Made by a program: the position numbers and the translations under genes. 64,000 bases of DNA from Treponema sp. GTDB lineage: Bacteria; Spirochaetota; Spirochaetia; Treponematales; Treponemataceae. Below, in pieces: positions 37,888 through 47,964 of this stretch. How positions within the stretch are numbered: the first letter of the stretch is position 1; the number at the start of each line of letters is the position of its first letter. The notes below the pieces were generated by a model. The model saw only the letters and a list, made by a program, of their open reading frames with translations, did not search any database and was not told the DNA's origin. The DNA lies in NCBI GenBank assembly GCA_051883255.1, contig JBJETJ010000032.1:15562-79561 (forward strand), in the 5' to 3' direction.

Positions 37888-39459
37888 TTATTTTACCTTC
37901 CAGCCGACCATTCCCTTTCCGTCGCTGGAAAAAACAACTCCCACTTTGAACATCTGCTTTCCGCTTACGGCAAATCGGTCAGCGTAGCCGTTAGCGTCAA
38001 TCTGGGCGAGCGCTTCGTCAGCGACTTCTTCAAACGGGCGGGCTTTGTCCATTTTAAGTTCAAAAATAAATACGCTGTCTTTGGTGGCAACTACAACATC
38101 GCTCCTGCCTGCAACTGACTGCAATTCCGAAACAACACGGCAGCCTGTCATGCGGAACATCAGATGCGTAACTGACTCGTAGTAATTTTCACACATATCT
38201 TTTTTTACGATTGTGGGCAAATCTGCAATAGCGGATTTTACAATAGAAAGAACTTTGTCGATGTTGCGGTTTTTCAAGGCGATTTTCATATTGCCGGCTT
38301 CAAGTCCCATATCATCGTAAGGAACTGTAACAAACTTTTGCAGCAGAACTTCCAGAAAGCCCTCTTCAACTTCGCGGTTGGGAAAATCAAGCGTGTAAAA
38401 CCGAGTTTCCTTTTCAAAATCTTTTATCGTAAGATAGCCGCTCTGGTAAACAACAGGCAGCATATTCTTACTGTCGGGGTCGTAATTTTTAAACTGATTT
38501 TCCGTTGCAAGCCTTCCGTTTACGAGGTTTTCAAGTTCCAGCGGCTGATACTGCAAAGTCTTTACGAGGAACGACGGAGTTCCGCTTTCAAACCAGTACG
38601 AACCGAAATCGCTGGAAAAAAAGCATTTTAAAAGGCAGAACGGATTGTAAACGCCTTCAACATCGTGACTAAAATGATAGCCGTCATACATCTGGGCAAG
38701 TTTTTCCTTTGTTTCGGCGACAGACATTTCCTGTTTTTCGGCAAGCGTTTTTATTTCAGGCTCAAAATACCGTTCAAGTTCGCTTTCTGAAATTCCGCAG
38801 ATGGAAGAATACTTGCTGTCAAGGCTGATGTCGTTCAATTGATTCAGTCCGCTGAAAATGTTTATGTGGCTGACTTTTGTAATTCCCGTGATGAACAGAA
38901 ACCTGATGTATTTGTCAGAGTCTTTTAAAGGGCTGTAAAAACTGCGCAACTCCTGCCGGTTTTGATCTTCGTATTCGGTATAAAGCGCATCAAGAATCGG
39001 CTTGTCGTATTCATCAATGAGGATGACGAGTTTTTTGCCGGTTTGTTCCGCTATTTTTCTTATAATATTTTTGAAACGTGGAGCGAAACGCTTGTCCTCA
39101 ACCTGAATGTCATAAAGTTTTTCATATTCAGAAAGCTGAAGATTCAAGGCAGATTTTAAACTTTCCAAATCAGGATAATTATCTGCACCAAAACTAATCT
39201 TCAAAACAGGATATTCAGTCCACTCTTTTTCAAGCGTTTCAATCGCAAGCCCTTTGAAAAGTTCCTTTTTGCCAAGAAAATAGGCTTCCAGCGTGGAAAG
39301 CAAAAGGCTTTTTCCGAAACGGCGCGGTCGGCTTAAAAAGTAAGGAGTACTTGTGCGTGTCAGCTGATAAATCAGCTGTGTTTTATCAACATAGAGATAA
39401 TTCCCTGTGCGAAGTTTTTCAAAATCCTGAATGCCGATTGGCAAAAATCTTTCTTCCAT
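37888..39459 (-). CDS. AAA-ATPase-like domain + PD-(D/E)xK nuclease protein
   Basis: LPIGIQDFEKLR, YVDKT, FLSRPRRFGKSL, ILIDEYDKP, GRSDVV...IFELK. Confidence 0.92.
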   Translation of the reverse strand: MEERFLPIGIQDFEKLRTGNYLYVDKTQLIYQLTRTSTPYFLSRPRRFGKSLLLSTLEAYFLGKKELFKGLAIETLEKEWTEYPVLKISFGADNYPDLESLKSALNLQLSEYEKLYDIQVEDKRFAPRFKNIIRKIAEQTGKKLVILIDEYDKPILDALYTEYEDQNRQELRSFYSPLKDSDKYIRFLFITGITKVSHINIFSGLNQLNDISLDSKYSSICGISESELERYFEPEIKTLAEKQEMSVAETKEKLAQMYDGYHFSHDVEGVYNPFCLLKCFFSSDFGSYWFESGTPSFLVKTLQYQPLELENLVNGRLATENQFKNYDPDSKNMLPVVYQSGYLTIKDFEKETRFYTLDFPNREVEEGFLEVLLQKFVTVPYDDMGLEAGNMKIALKNRNIDKVLSIVKSAIADLPTIVKKDMCENYYESVTHLMFRMTGCRVVSELQSVAGRSDVVVATKDSVFIFELKMDKARPFEEVADEALAQIDANGYADRFAVSGKQMFKVGVVFSSDGKGMVGWKVK

Positions 39460-39655
39460 AATTCTAATTATAGCACAGTTTGAGTAAGTGTTCTATCAGG
39501 TTTTATCAGGTTCAGTTTCGAGTTTAAACTGTGGTAGGATAGCAGAGGGCACAGAGATTCTAAATTTCCAGCGCAACAACATCGCCACCCCGCGCCCGAT
39601 TTTAACCGAAGCGCCGGAGCAAAAACGTAGATACCCCTACCCGCAATTCTTCACG

Positions 39656-40084
39656 CTAATAAGAATATGGCACGGCGCAAAGATTGCGGAAAAAAGCGGT
39701 CAGCAAAATTGAGCGCGACATTATTCCGCAGAGCAGGAACAGAACTGACGGGATAATCGAAAGCGAAAGCGCGCGGAAAAGCGTATTTTTCCAGAACCAG
39801 AAATACCAAATAATGCAATACGATGCCACCAAAAGCGCCCCGAAAATAACGCAGAACCAAAACGACGCGGAACTTTCAAACCCAAGCACAGTTCCCGGAA
39901 CGTTCACCACTATACAGATAAAACTCCCGAACCTCCCGACCTGTTCAAGCGCCTCAATAATTCTGTTCTTCCATTTTCCGTCAAACCCTTCAGGACATTT
40001 TGATGCGTAAATGCAGTTCGGAATCATAATTATAATCAGAAAAATCAGTCCGTGAATATTTAAGAAGTTAATTTTATCTATCAT
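39656..40084 (-). CDS. Small membrane protein
   Basis: ATG at 40084; several hydrophobic segments; IIEALEQVGRF pattern. Confidence 0.7.
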   Translation of the reverse strand: MIDKINFLNIHGLIFLIIIMIPNCIYASKCPEGFDGKWKNRIIEALEQVGRFGSFICIVVNVPGTVLGFESSASFWFCVIFGALLVASYCIIWYFWFWKNTLFRALSLSIIPSVLFLLCGIMSRSILLTAFFRNLCAVPYSY

Positions 40085-40454
40085 TGCGTTCTCCGTTTTC
40101 CTCTTTGTAAGCATAGCCGAAATCAATCGGAGGCGACGTAACGGAAATATATTCAAAAACAGCCTGACTGTCATTTTTAAGTCCGTGAATGTCTCCGTCC
40201 TCAAAACGAACGACATCACCCGAAGAAAAAGGCTTTTCGCCGTTTTCCAGAAGAAGAAGTCCGCTTCCGCTGAGTGCAATCCAGATTTGCTCGGACGCGT
40301 CGTGCTTATGGCGCGGCTGTTCAAACCCCGGCTGAACGGAAACCCTTGTAATCGTCACGCGCTCTGAAGTACTGTTTTTCGGGTTCAAAAGCTGAAGTGA
40401 CTCCACTCCGGGATTAGACAAAACGTTTATTTCATTCCTGCTAATAAATTCCAT
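40074..40454 (-). CDS. Cupin-domain protein
   Basis: QPRHKHDASEQIWIALSG...GDVVRFEDGDIHG cupin His/Glu motifs. Confidence 0.9.
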   Translation of the reverse strand: MEFISRNEINVLSNPGVESLQLLNPKNSTSERVTITRVSVQPGFEQPRHKHDASEQIWIALSGSGLLLLENGEKPFSSGDVVRFEDGDIHGLKNDSQAVFEYISVTSPPIDFGYAYKEENGERNDR

Positions 40455-40537
40455 AACGTCATTATGTTTTAATTTATGGACAAAATCAATAATTTTAAAA
40501 TGTTCGCACCGCCACAAAAAAAATGAAAATCTTTTTT

Positions 40538-40561
40538 AATATGACACACAGTTGTCATATT
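40538..40561. promoter_or_regulatory. Perfect inverted repeat, probable operator between divergent genes
   Basis: AATATGACA-CACAGT-TGTCATATT. Confidence 0.6.
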
Positions 40562-40652
40562 ACCTATGCAATACTGTTCCTGTAAAAATCAATCAAATTA
40601 TAGGAGAAGTGTAAGATAAAACCGCTGAAATTGCGCGGTTTTATCTTACCTA

Positions 40653-40755
40653 AAGTTTGCGTTGCAAACTTTTATTATCAACTGCTGTTCCTCATTGCAT
40701 TGCGGAACAGCGTAAAAAGTCAATCGATTGTTGAAACAATCTTCTTGACTTTTTA
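40653..40755 (+). repeat. Three-hairpin dispersed repeat, copy 2
   Basis: Aligns with 24449-24550; immediately precedes the GGAG RBS and ATG at 40768. Confidence 0.85.
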
Positions 40756-40767
40756 GAGGAGAAAAAA

Positions 40768-41214
40768 ATGGACTACGAAATCGTAACATTGGAAAAGAAA
40801 GTTGTGGCAGGAGTTTCTGCAAAGACAAGCAACAATTCGCCTGATATGCGCTCAACAATCGGCGGACTGTGGCAGAAGCTTTACGGCGGAATTGCGCAGT
40901 CGATGAAAAACCGCGCAAATCAAAAGGCAGTCGGACTGTACTGCGACTACGCCCCGGACGGCACATACACCGTGCTTGCAGGCTGTGAAATTACCGCAGA
41001 AAGCGCAGACGGAAACCTTGACGTAAAGACAATTCCTGCCGGCCGCTACGCAAAATTCACGGTAAAGGGCGACGTCGTAAAGGCAGTGGGCGACAGCTGG
41101 GGCGAAATCTGGAACACTCCGCTTGAGCGCACATTCACAGGCGACTTTGAAGAATATCAGGAAGACTGCGACGGAAAAAGCGGCACAATCTTCATTTACA
41201 TCGCAATAAAATAA
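40768..41214 (+). CDS. GyrI-like / AraC-E-bind small-molecule-binding protein
   Basis: IGGLWQK, VGLYCDY, IPAGRYAKF, WGEIW...RTFTGDFEEY. Confidence 0.85.
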   Translation: MDYEIVTLEKKVVAGVSAKTSNNSPDMRSTIGGLWQKLYGGIAQSMKNRANQKAVGLYCDYAPDGTYTVLAGCEITAESADGNLDVKTIPAGRYAKFTVKGDVVKAVGDSWGEIWNTPLERTFTGDFEEYQEDCDGKSGTIFIYIAIK

Positions 41215-41324
41215 CGCACCTGATACGCAGAAAAAGTGAAAGGTTTAAAGACGTAAAAATTTTCAAGCCTTTCACAAATCTGCATTAACAGAAATCCGGC
41301 AATCCGAAATTAACAGAGGTGTTT

Positions 41325-41957
41325 ATGACATTCGACTATAAAAAAGAATATAAAGAATTCTACCTTCCGCCCAAAAAGCCGCAAATCATCACAATTCCAA
41401 AAATGAATTTTATCGCAGTACGCGGAAAAGGAAATCCGAACGATGAGGACGGCGACTATAAAAAGGCAATCGCAGTTTTGTACGGCATTGCGTTTACAGT
41501 CAAGATGAGCAAAAAAGGAAACCGCAAAATTGACGGATATTTTGACTATGTAGTTCCGCCGCTTGAAGGTCTGTGGGAACAGGACGGCATACAGGAAATC
41601 GATTATTCGCGCAAAAATGAATTCAAATGGATTTCGATGATAAGGCTTCCTGATTTTGTTACGGAAGCAGATTTTCTCTGGGCAAAAGACGAAGCGCAGA
41701 AGAAAAAAGGCGGCGATTTCAGCACGGCAGAATTTTTTTCATACAACGAAGGTCTGTGCGTTCAATGTATGCACACAGGTACGTTTGATGACGAGCCTGC
41801 AACAGTTCAGTCAATGCACGATTTTCTTGCTGAACAAAACTATGCCCTTGACATCACAAGCGAGCGCCTTCATCACGAAATATACCTTTCAGACTTCCGT
41901 CGCACATCCCCCGAAAAACTGCGCACCGTAATCCGCCACCCGATACGCAGAAAATAA
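41325..41957 (+). CDS. GyrI-like domain protein
   Basis: FDYKKEYKEFY, GKGNPN, YVVPPLEGLW, CVQCMHTG.FD.E, HHEIYLSD.R. Confidence 0.88.
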   Translation: MTFDYKKEYKEFYLPPKKPQIITIPKMNFIAVRGKGNPNDEDGDYKKAIAVLYGIAFTVKMSKKGNRKIDGYFDYVVPPLEGLWEQDGIQEIDYSRKNEFKWISMIRLPDFVTEADFLWAKDEAQKKKGGDFSTAEFFSYNEGLCVQCMHTGTFDDEPATVQSMHDFLAEQNYALDITSERLHHEIYLSDFRRTSPEKLRTVIRHPIRRK

Positions 41958-41999
41958 AACGCACGCCTTGCGCATTGCAGGCATTACAGGCAGGCGGTG

Positions 42000-42908
42000 T
42001 TAATAAATTTTCTCTCCCAAAAGGCGCGACGCAAGGCTTACTGCAAGAATCGCAGTCTGGTTTCTTACGTCAAGGACAGGGTTTACTTCTACGATTTCGG
42101 CAGAACGGACAAGTTTCGTGTCTGCCATTTCTTCCATCAACAAAAGTGCTTCCCTGTTTGTAAGTCCGGCAGGGAGCGGAATTCCTGTGCCGGGCGCAAA
42201 CATCGGATCTAATACGTCCATATCAAAACTTACGTGAACCATATCTGCATGACTTTTAAAAAACACGATTATCTTTTTTACGATGGCAGGAAAACCGTAC
42301 CGTTCGACATCGCTCATCGAAAAAACAGTAACGCCTGCTTCTTTCATAAGTTCACGCTCGCCTTTGTCCAAATCGCGCGTTCCGACAAAACAAACATTCT
42401 TCGGATCAACCTTTACTCCGTCGTAATACAAATTTGTCAGCGCCTTCAAACCGTAGCCGCACGACGCTGCAAGACACTCGCCGTGAATGTTTCCGCTCGG
42501 CGAAGTTTCGTCCGTATTAAAATCGCCGTGCGCATCAACATACAGAACGCCAAGCCGCTTTTTTTCTTCCTTTGCAACGCGACCGATTCCTGCAAGCGAA
42601 CCGAGCGCAATGGAATGGTCACCGCCAAGAACAAGCGGAAAATCTCCTGACGATGCAGTCTTGTAAACTTCGTCTGCAAGTGTCAGGCATGCTTTTGTAA
42701 TCGGCTCAAGATATTTTGCACGCGGATTTCCGGCGCTTTCGTATTCCTGAGGATTTATCGTAATCGGGGTAAGATAATTATTTATCGTATGCCCGAGGCT
42801 TTCAATTTTTTCGCGAATTCCTGCAAGGCGGATTGCAGACGGTCCCATATCAGAACCATGCCGGCTTGCGCCAAAATCAAGCGGCATTTCAAAAATACTT
42901 ACATTCAT
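42000..42908 (-). CDS. rocF: Arginase
   Basis: GSDMGPSAIR, LGGDHSIA, VDAHGDFNT...SGNIHG, SFDMDVLDP..APGTG, EVNP. Confidence 0.95.
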   Translation of the reverse strand: MNVSIFEMPLDFGASRHGSDMGPSAIRLAGIREKIESLGHTINNYLTPITINPQEYESAGNPRAKYLEPITKACLTLADEVYKTASSGDFPLVLGGDHSIALGSLAGIGRVAKEEKKRLGVLYVDAHGDFNTDETSPSGNIHGECLAASCGYGLKALTNLYYDGVKVDPKNVCFVGTRDLDKGERELMKEAGVTVFSMSDVERYGFPAIVKKIIVFFKSHADMVHVSFDMDVLDPMFAPGTGIPLPAGLTNREALLLMEEMADTKLVRSAEIVEVNPVLDVRNQTAILAVSLASRLLGEKIY

Positions 42909-43055
42909 AGTTTTATCCTAAAACTGATTTTTATTACATTCAAGATTAAATTTCAAGAGTAAATTTTAAGAGAGAATTTTAAGTTTGAATTTCACGGCAA
43001 AATTTCAAAATGAAATTCCGCCTGCAAATCGTTCAGCGTAAGCGAAATTGAACTT

Positions 43056-43676
43056 CTAGAAAAAATGAAATCTCAGCGAAACACCGAGCTTGACTCCCGA
43101 ACCGATATAACTGTCGAGTTTCTTTTTTGACTCTTCATCTGCGTTTAAAAAAACTTTTTTATAACCGCAAAAAAAGTCAGCGCTCAGCCATTTAAAAATC
43201 CGAAGCTTGTAACCCAAAAACGGATAGACAGAAAGATATTCCTGCCGTGTGCCTTCGGGAACGTCGGGCACAAGCGAAAATGCAATAAAATCAAAACATC
43301 CGCCAAGCGCAATGTAAAATCCGTCAAGCCCTTCCCTAAAAGGATAGAACTCACCGAACAGCCCGAACGAAACTGACGGACAAAAATTATTTTCGATTAC
43401 AAATGTCGAATGTCCAAAATGAACCTGACCTGCAAAATGATTTCCAAAATACTGTTCGTAGCGAAGTCCAAGCCCCCAGCCGTTGTTTTTCAAACCGTTC
43501 AACAAATACGAAAAGTCAAACGAAAAAAGATTTTTCCTGATTTCATCTTTAGAAGCAAAATACGTCTTTTCTTTTTGAACGGAATTTTCAGGCGGAGTTT
43601 CTTCCTGAGTTTCCTGACAAAAAACTGAAGAAATTAAAAAGAGGATTACGACAAAAAACGAACATAATAATTTCAT
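43056..43676 (-). CDS. Exported hypothetical, probable beta-barrel protein
   Basis: Signal peptide ending SVFC/Q; amphipathic strands; C-terminal LGVSLRFHFF. Confidence 0.6.
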   Translation of the reverse strand: MKLLCSFFVVILFLISSVFCQETQEETPPENSVQKEKTYFASKDEIRKNLFSFDFSYLLNGLKNNGWGLGLRYEQYFGNHFAGQVHFGHSTFVIENNFCPSVSFGLFGEFYPFREGLDGFYIALGGCFDFIAFSLVPDVPEGTRQEYLSVYPFLGYKLRIFKWLSADFFCGYKKVFLNADEESKKKLDSYIGSGVKLGVSLRFHFF

Positions 43677-43731
43677 ATTTTCCGGACATTTAATTTTACA
43701 ATTTATGCGCGGCTTTGAGAACTACAAAAAA

Positions 43732-43783
43732 AAGAAAACCTGTCGGTTTAAAACATCGGTTTAAAACGCAGACAGGTTTTCTT
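43732..43783. terminator. Intrinsic terminator downstream of asnB
   Basis: AAGAAAACCTGTC...GACAGGTTTTCTT perfect 13-bp arms. Confidence 0.7.
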
Positions 43784-43822
43784 CAAGTTCAGCAAAAAAT
43801 GGCTTTATGAAATTTATCTGAA

Positions 43823-45577
43823 TTAATATGCCTTGTCGTGAACTCCAGCAATCGCACGTCCTGAAGGTTCGTCCATATTTTTCCAGGCGGCATCCCACTC
43901 AAGAGCCTTTGCAGTTGAGCAGGCAACTCCGGCTTCGTGCGGTACGACTTTTGCGGCGCTGTCACTCGGGAAAAGGCGGCTGTAAATTTCGCGGTAGTAA
44001 TATTCTTCTTTTGTTTTTGGCGGATTTACAGGAAATCTGTTTTCGCGGCGTGCAAATTCTGCATCGCTTACTTTTTCTTCCGTCATTTTTTTGAGAGTGT
44101 CAATCCAGTTGTAGCCTACGCCGTCAGAGAACTGTTCTTTCTGTCGCCAGCAGATTTCTTCGGGGAGCATATCTTCAAACGCCTTTCTGATAATCCATTT
44201 TTCCATTCGCTGTTTACCGTCTGCGAGGCGGATATTCATTTTGTCTGACGGATTGAGCGACATTGCAATATCGATGAATTCTTTATCAAGGAACGGAACG
44301 CGCCCTTCGACACCCCAAGCCATAAGCGATTTGTTTGCACGGAGGCAGTCGTAAAGATGGAGCTTGCTCATTTTGCGCACGAGTTCTTCGTGGAATTCTT
44401 TTGAATCCGGCGCTTTGTGAAAATACAGATAACCGCCAAAAAGTTCGTCACTTCCCTCACCGCTCAAAACCATTTTTATTCCCATCGATTTTATAACGCG
44501 GGCTAACAGGTACATCGGCGTTGAGGCGCGGACTGTCGTAATGTCGTAAGTTTCGATGTGATAGATTACGTCAGGCAAAGCATCGAGCGCCTCCTGAATC
44601 GTAAAGTGAACTTCGTGATGAACTGTTCCGATGTAGTCAGCCGCTTTCTGTGCCGCAATCAAGTCAGGGCTTCCTTCAAGTCCGACTGCAAAACTGTGGA
44701 GCTGAGGCCACCAGGCTGCTTCTTTTGAATCGCTTTCAATTCGTTTTTTAGAAAACTTCTGCGTAACTGCCGCGATGATTGAAGAGTCAAGTCCGCCGCT
44801 CAAAAGAACGCCGTACGGAACGTCACTCATCAGCTGCTGCTTTACTGCGTTTTCAAGACCGTTGCGCACTTTTTCGATTACGCCCGGATTAATAACTTCG
44901 CCCTTGTCGTCAGTTGCGCGCGGATTGTTTTTTACGGCATCAAAAGTTTCCCAGTCGCGTTTATACCAGCGCGAAGGCTTTTCGTCTTTTGAATAAAAAT
45001 AATGTCCGTTCGGGAATTCTTCGATTGTCTGACATTCGCCTTCAAGCGCCTTTAATTCTGATGCGACATAATAACGGCCGGCTTTGTCCCAGCCCTGATA
45101 AAGCGGAATTACACCGATTTCATCGCGCGAAATAAGATAAACGTCGTTCTCGCTGTCGTAAAGTGCAAACGCAAAAATACCGCTAAGCTTTTCTATCATC
45201 TGCGTAAAATCACCGCTCTGCTGGTATTCCTTGTAAAGCGGAATGATTACTTCACAGTCGCTCATCGTGCGGAAATTATATTTTCCTTCAAACTCTTTGC
45301 GGATTTCCTTGTGGTTGTAAATTTCGCCGTTTGCCGCAAGAATGATTTTTTCGTCGTCACTTACAAGCGGCTGTTTGCCCGAAAGCGGGTCAACAATCGA
45401 AAGCCTCTCGTGACTTAAAATTGCGTTTTCGCCCGTGTAAACACCGCTCCAGTCCGGGCCGCGATGCCGGATTTTTTTTGACATCTCCAGAACCTGATTT
45501 CTTAATTCCTCTTTTAATCCTGCATCAATAGGTTTTGAGCCGCTGCTCAAATCAAACGCACCTACAAATCCACACAT
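43823..45577 (-). CDS. asnB: Asparagine synthetase B (glutamine-hydrolysing)
   Basis: MCGFVG start after GGAGGA, IRHRGPDWSG, ANGEIYNH, LLSGGLDSS, SGEGSDELFGGY, WRQKEQFSDGVG. Confidence 0.97.
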   Translation of the reverse strand: MCGFVGAFDLSSGSKPIDAGLKEELRNQVLEMSKKIRHRGPDWSGVYTGENAILSHERLSIVDPLSGKQPLVSDDEKIILAANGEIYNHKEIRKEFEGKYNFRTMSDCEVIIPLYKEYQQSGDFTQMIEKLSGIFAFALYDSENDVYLISRDEIGVIPLYQGWDKAGRYYVASELKALEGECQTIEEFPNGHYFYSKDEKPSRWYKRDWETFDAVKNNPRATDDKGEVINPGVIEKVRNGLENAVKQQLMSDVPYGVLLSGGLDSSIIAAVTQKFSKKRIESDSKEAAWWPQLHSFAVGLEGSPDLIAAQKAADYIGTVHHEVHFTIQEALDALPDVIYHIETYDITTVRASTPMYLLARVIKSMGIKMVLSGEGSDELFGGYLYFHKAPDSKEFHEELVRKMSKLHLYDCLRANKSLMAWGVEGRVPFLDKEFIDIAMSLNPSDKMNIRLADGKQRMEKWIIRKAFEDMLPEEICWRQKEQFSDGVGYNWIDTLKKMTEEKVSDAEFARRENRFPVNPPKTKEEYYYREIYSRLFPSDSAAKVVPHEAGVACSTAKALEWDAAWKNMDEPSGRAIAGVHDKAY

Positions 45578-45651
45578 ATAAAATTCCTCCAAAAGTTCGC
45601 TTCGCAAGAAACTTGACTCCGGCGTTTTCAAGTTCTCTCAAACCATAAAAC

Positions 45652-45755
45652 AAAAAAAGAGGCCGTAGAAAAAATCTATGCCTTATGCACAAAATTTATC
45701 TACGACCTCTTTGCCGTTGTTCTTTTATAATAGCGATTTTATTCATTTATTTCAA
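45652..45755 (-). promoter_or_regulatory. Promoter plus ANTAR-type attenuator upstream of asnB
   Basis: TTGAAA(45755-45750)-17-TATTAT(45732-45727); GGCAAAGAGGTC(45715-45704) overlaps GAGGTCGTAGA...TCTACGGCCTC-TTTTTTT. Confidence 0.8.
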
Positions 45756-45870
45756 GCAAAAACATAAAAAATATATTTTCAGGATTTCCGCAGGGAACTT
45801 AGGCAACTTCGGGAGCTTTCAGTTTTATATGCCCTTTCCTTATAAACCTCTTTTTGCTATAATCGGACTT

Positions 45871-47292
45871 ATGGAAACACGTAACATTTTTGAAAACCTT
45901 TCATGTATCGACCACAGATATTCTTTATCAGAATCTGAGGCATTTTCAGGACTTTCTAAGTATATTTCAGAAGAAGCTTCTATCCGTTCATGCGCAAAAT
46001 GCGAAGCCGCACTTGTAAAAGCACACCTCAAACTTCGCGGAAAACTCACTGACGAAATTGCAAAGACTTTGGACAGCGTTGCAGAAAACATCGACCCGCA
46101 GGAAGTTTACACCGAAGAAGAAAAAACAAAGCACAATATCCGCGCTTTAGTAAACGTAATGAAAACTAAAGTCAATTCAGAAATCGGCCCGCTCATTCAC
46201 CTTGGCGCAACTTCCGTAGATATTCTTGACACGGCGCTTTCATGCCGTATGCGCGACGTTACGCAAAATGTCGTTCTCCCGGAACTTAAAAAACTCGAAA
46301 ACTATCTTTGCGATATTGCAGAACGCGAATGTAACACTCCTCAGGTAGGACGAACTCACGGACAGCACGCAGTTCCGATTACGTTCGGCTGGTCAATCGC
46401 AGAATTCGTAAGCCGTCTTGGAAAATCAATTTTAAAAATCGAATCGCTTTCAAACGACCTTGTCGGAAAACTCGCAGGCCCTGTAGGTTCATACAACGGT
46501 CCGTCGATGATTGTAAAAGACCCTGAAGAACTCGAAAAAACTTACGTCGAATTTTTAGGACTCAAACCTTCTGAATATTCAAACCAGCTTGTCGAACCGG
46601 AAAACGTCCTTCGCCTCCTGCTTGAAATGAACGTCGCATTCGGAATCATCGCAAACCTTGCAGATGACCTGCGCAATTTACAGCGTTCAGAAATCGGCGA
46701 AGTATTTGAATATTTTGCCGCAACTCAAGTCGGTTCTTCGACAATGCCACAAAAACGCAACCCGTGGAATTCTGAACACGTTAAATCATTGTGGAAAGCA
46801 ATGTGCCCTCGCGTCATTACTTTCTATATGGATCAGATTTCAGAACACCAGCGCGATTTGACAAATTCAGCAAGCCAGCGATTTATTGCAGATTACGTTT
46901 CGGGCTTTACGATGGCAGTTGCCAGAATGAACTCTGTCGTAAAAGGACTTCAAGCAGATAAAGAAGGAATGGCGCGCAACCTCGAAAACGCCGGCGGTAA
47001 AGTTAAAGGAGGAGTTCTTGCAGAACCTGCTTACATTCTTTTGGGAGAAGCCGGCTACAACGACGGCCACGAAGTAATCCGTAAAATCACGCTCGAAGCA
47101 GAACAGACAGGCAAAACTTTCTTTGAAGTTTTAAAAACGCACGAAAAAGAATATGCCGACATTACTGCCCAGCTCGAAAAACTCGGCGTAGAAAATCCTG
47201 CCAGCTTCTTTGAACATCCGTCAAATTACTGCGGTCTTGCTGCCGTAAAATCAAAACGCCTTGCATTAAAATACAGGGATTTGATGAAATAA
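45871..47292 (+). CDS. purB: Adenylosuccinate lyase
   Basis: HLGATSVD, GRTHGQHA, GSSTMPQKRNP signature; likely ATG at 45871. Confidence 0.93.
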   Translation: METRNIFENLSCIDHRYSLSESEAFSGLSKYISEEASIRSCAKCEAALVKAHLKLRGKLTDEIAKTLDSVAENIDPQEVYTEEEKTKHNIRALVNVMKTKVNSEIGPLIHLGATSVDILDTALSCRMRDVTQNVVLPELKKLENYLCDIAERECNTPQVGRTHGQHAVPITFGWSIAEFVSRLGKSILKIESLSNDLVGKLAGPVGSYNGPSMIVKDPEELEKTYVEFLGLKPSEYSNQLVEPENVLRLLLEMNVAFGIIANLADDLRNLQRSEIGEVFEYFAATQVGSSTMPQKRNPWNSEHVKSLWKAMCPRVITFYMDQISEHQRDLTNSASQRFIADYVSGFTMAVARMNSVVKGLQADKEGMARNLENAGGKVKGGVLAEPAYILLGEAGYNDGHEVIRKITLEAEQTGKTFFEVLKTHEKEYADITAQLEKLGVENPASFFEHPSNYCGLAAVKSKRLALKYRDLMK

Positions 47293-47301
47293 AATTTTTC
47301 T

Positions 47302-47964
47302 ATGGATTTTGAATTTATTAAACAGGTAATTCCAATGTATCAGGAGGCGGCGCTGCTTACGCTAAAACTTGCAGGCATTGGAATTCTCCTTTCGATTTTT
47401 GTCGGCCTCATCTGTTCACTTGTCAAATATTATAAAATTCCTGTGCTGCGTCAAATCGTCAGCATTTACATAGAATTTTCAAGGAACACGCCGCTTTTAA
47501 TTCAGCTTTTCTTTTTGTACTTTGCTTTTCCGCGAATGGGAATAAAATTAAGTTCGGTTCAATGTGCAGTCATCGGGCTTACTTTTTTGGGCGGAAGTTA
47601 TATGGAAGAAACGTTCCGCTCGGCACTGGAAAGCGTTTCAAAAATTCAGATTGAAAGCGCACAGTGTATCGGGCTGACTAAATTTCAGATTACAAAATAT
47701 GTAATTCTGCCTCAGGCAATTTCCGTTTCCATTCCGGGATTTTGCGCCAACATTATGTTCCTTATAAAAGAAACTTCTGTTTTCAGTGCAGTCGCGCTTG
47801 CAGACTTAATGTTTGTCGCAAAAGATTTAATCGGACTTTACTATAAGACGAGCGAGGCGCTGTTCTTGCTCTGCGTTTCTTATTTGATTTTGCTTCTTCC
47901 GATTTCTATAATCGCAAGTTTTGCTGAAAGGAGATTGCGCTATGCACAGTTCGGACACAATTAA
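47302..47964 (+). CDS. Polar amino-acid ABC transporter permease
   Basis: RNTPLLIQLFFLYF, EAA-like loop, FLIKETSV. Confidence 0.92.
   Translation: MDFEFIKQVIPMYQEAALLTLKLAGIGILLSIFVGLICSLVKYYKIPVLRQIVSIYIEFSRNTPLLIQLFFLYFAFPRMGIKLSSVQCAVIGLTFLGGSYMEETFRSALESVSKIQIESAQCIGLTKFQITKYVILPQAISVSIPGFCANIMFLIKETSVFSAVALADLMFVAKDLIGLYYKTSEALFLLCVSYLILLLPISIIASFAERRLRYAQFGHN

Noticed and set aside
45685-45870. 62-aa N-terminal extension of PurB
   Set aside because: It runs through the asnB promoter/attenuator on the other strand; PurB similarity begins at the ATG at 45871.
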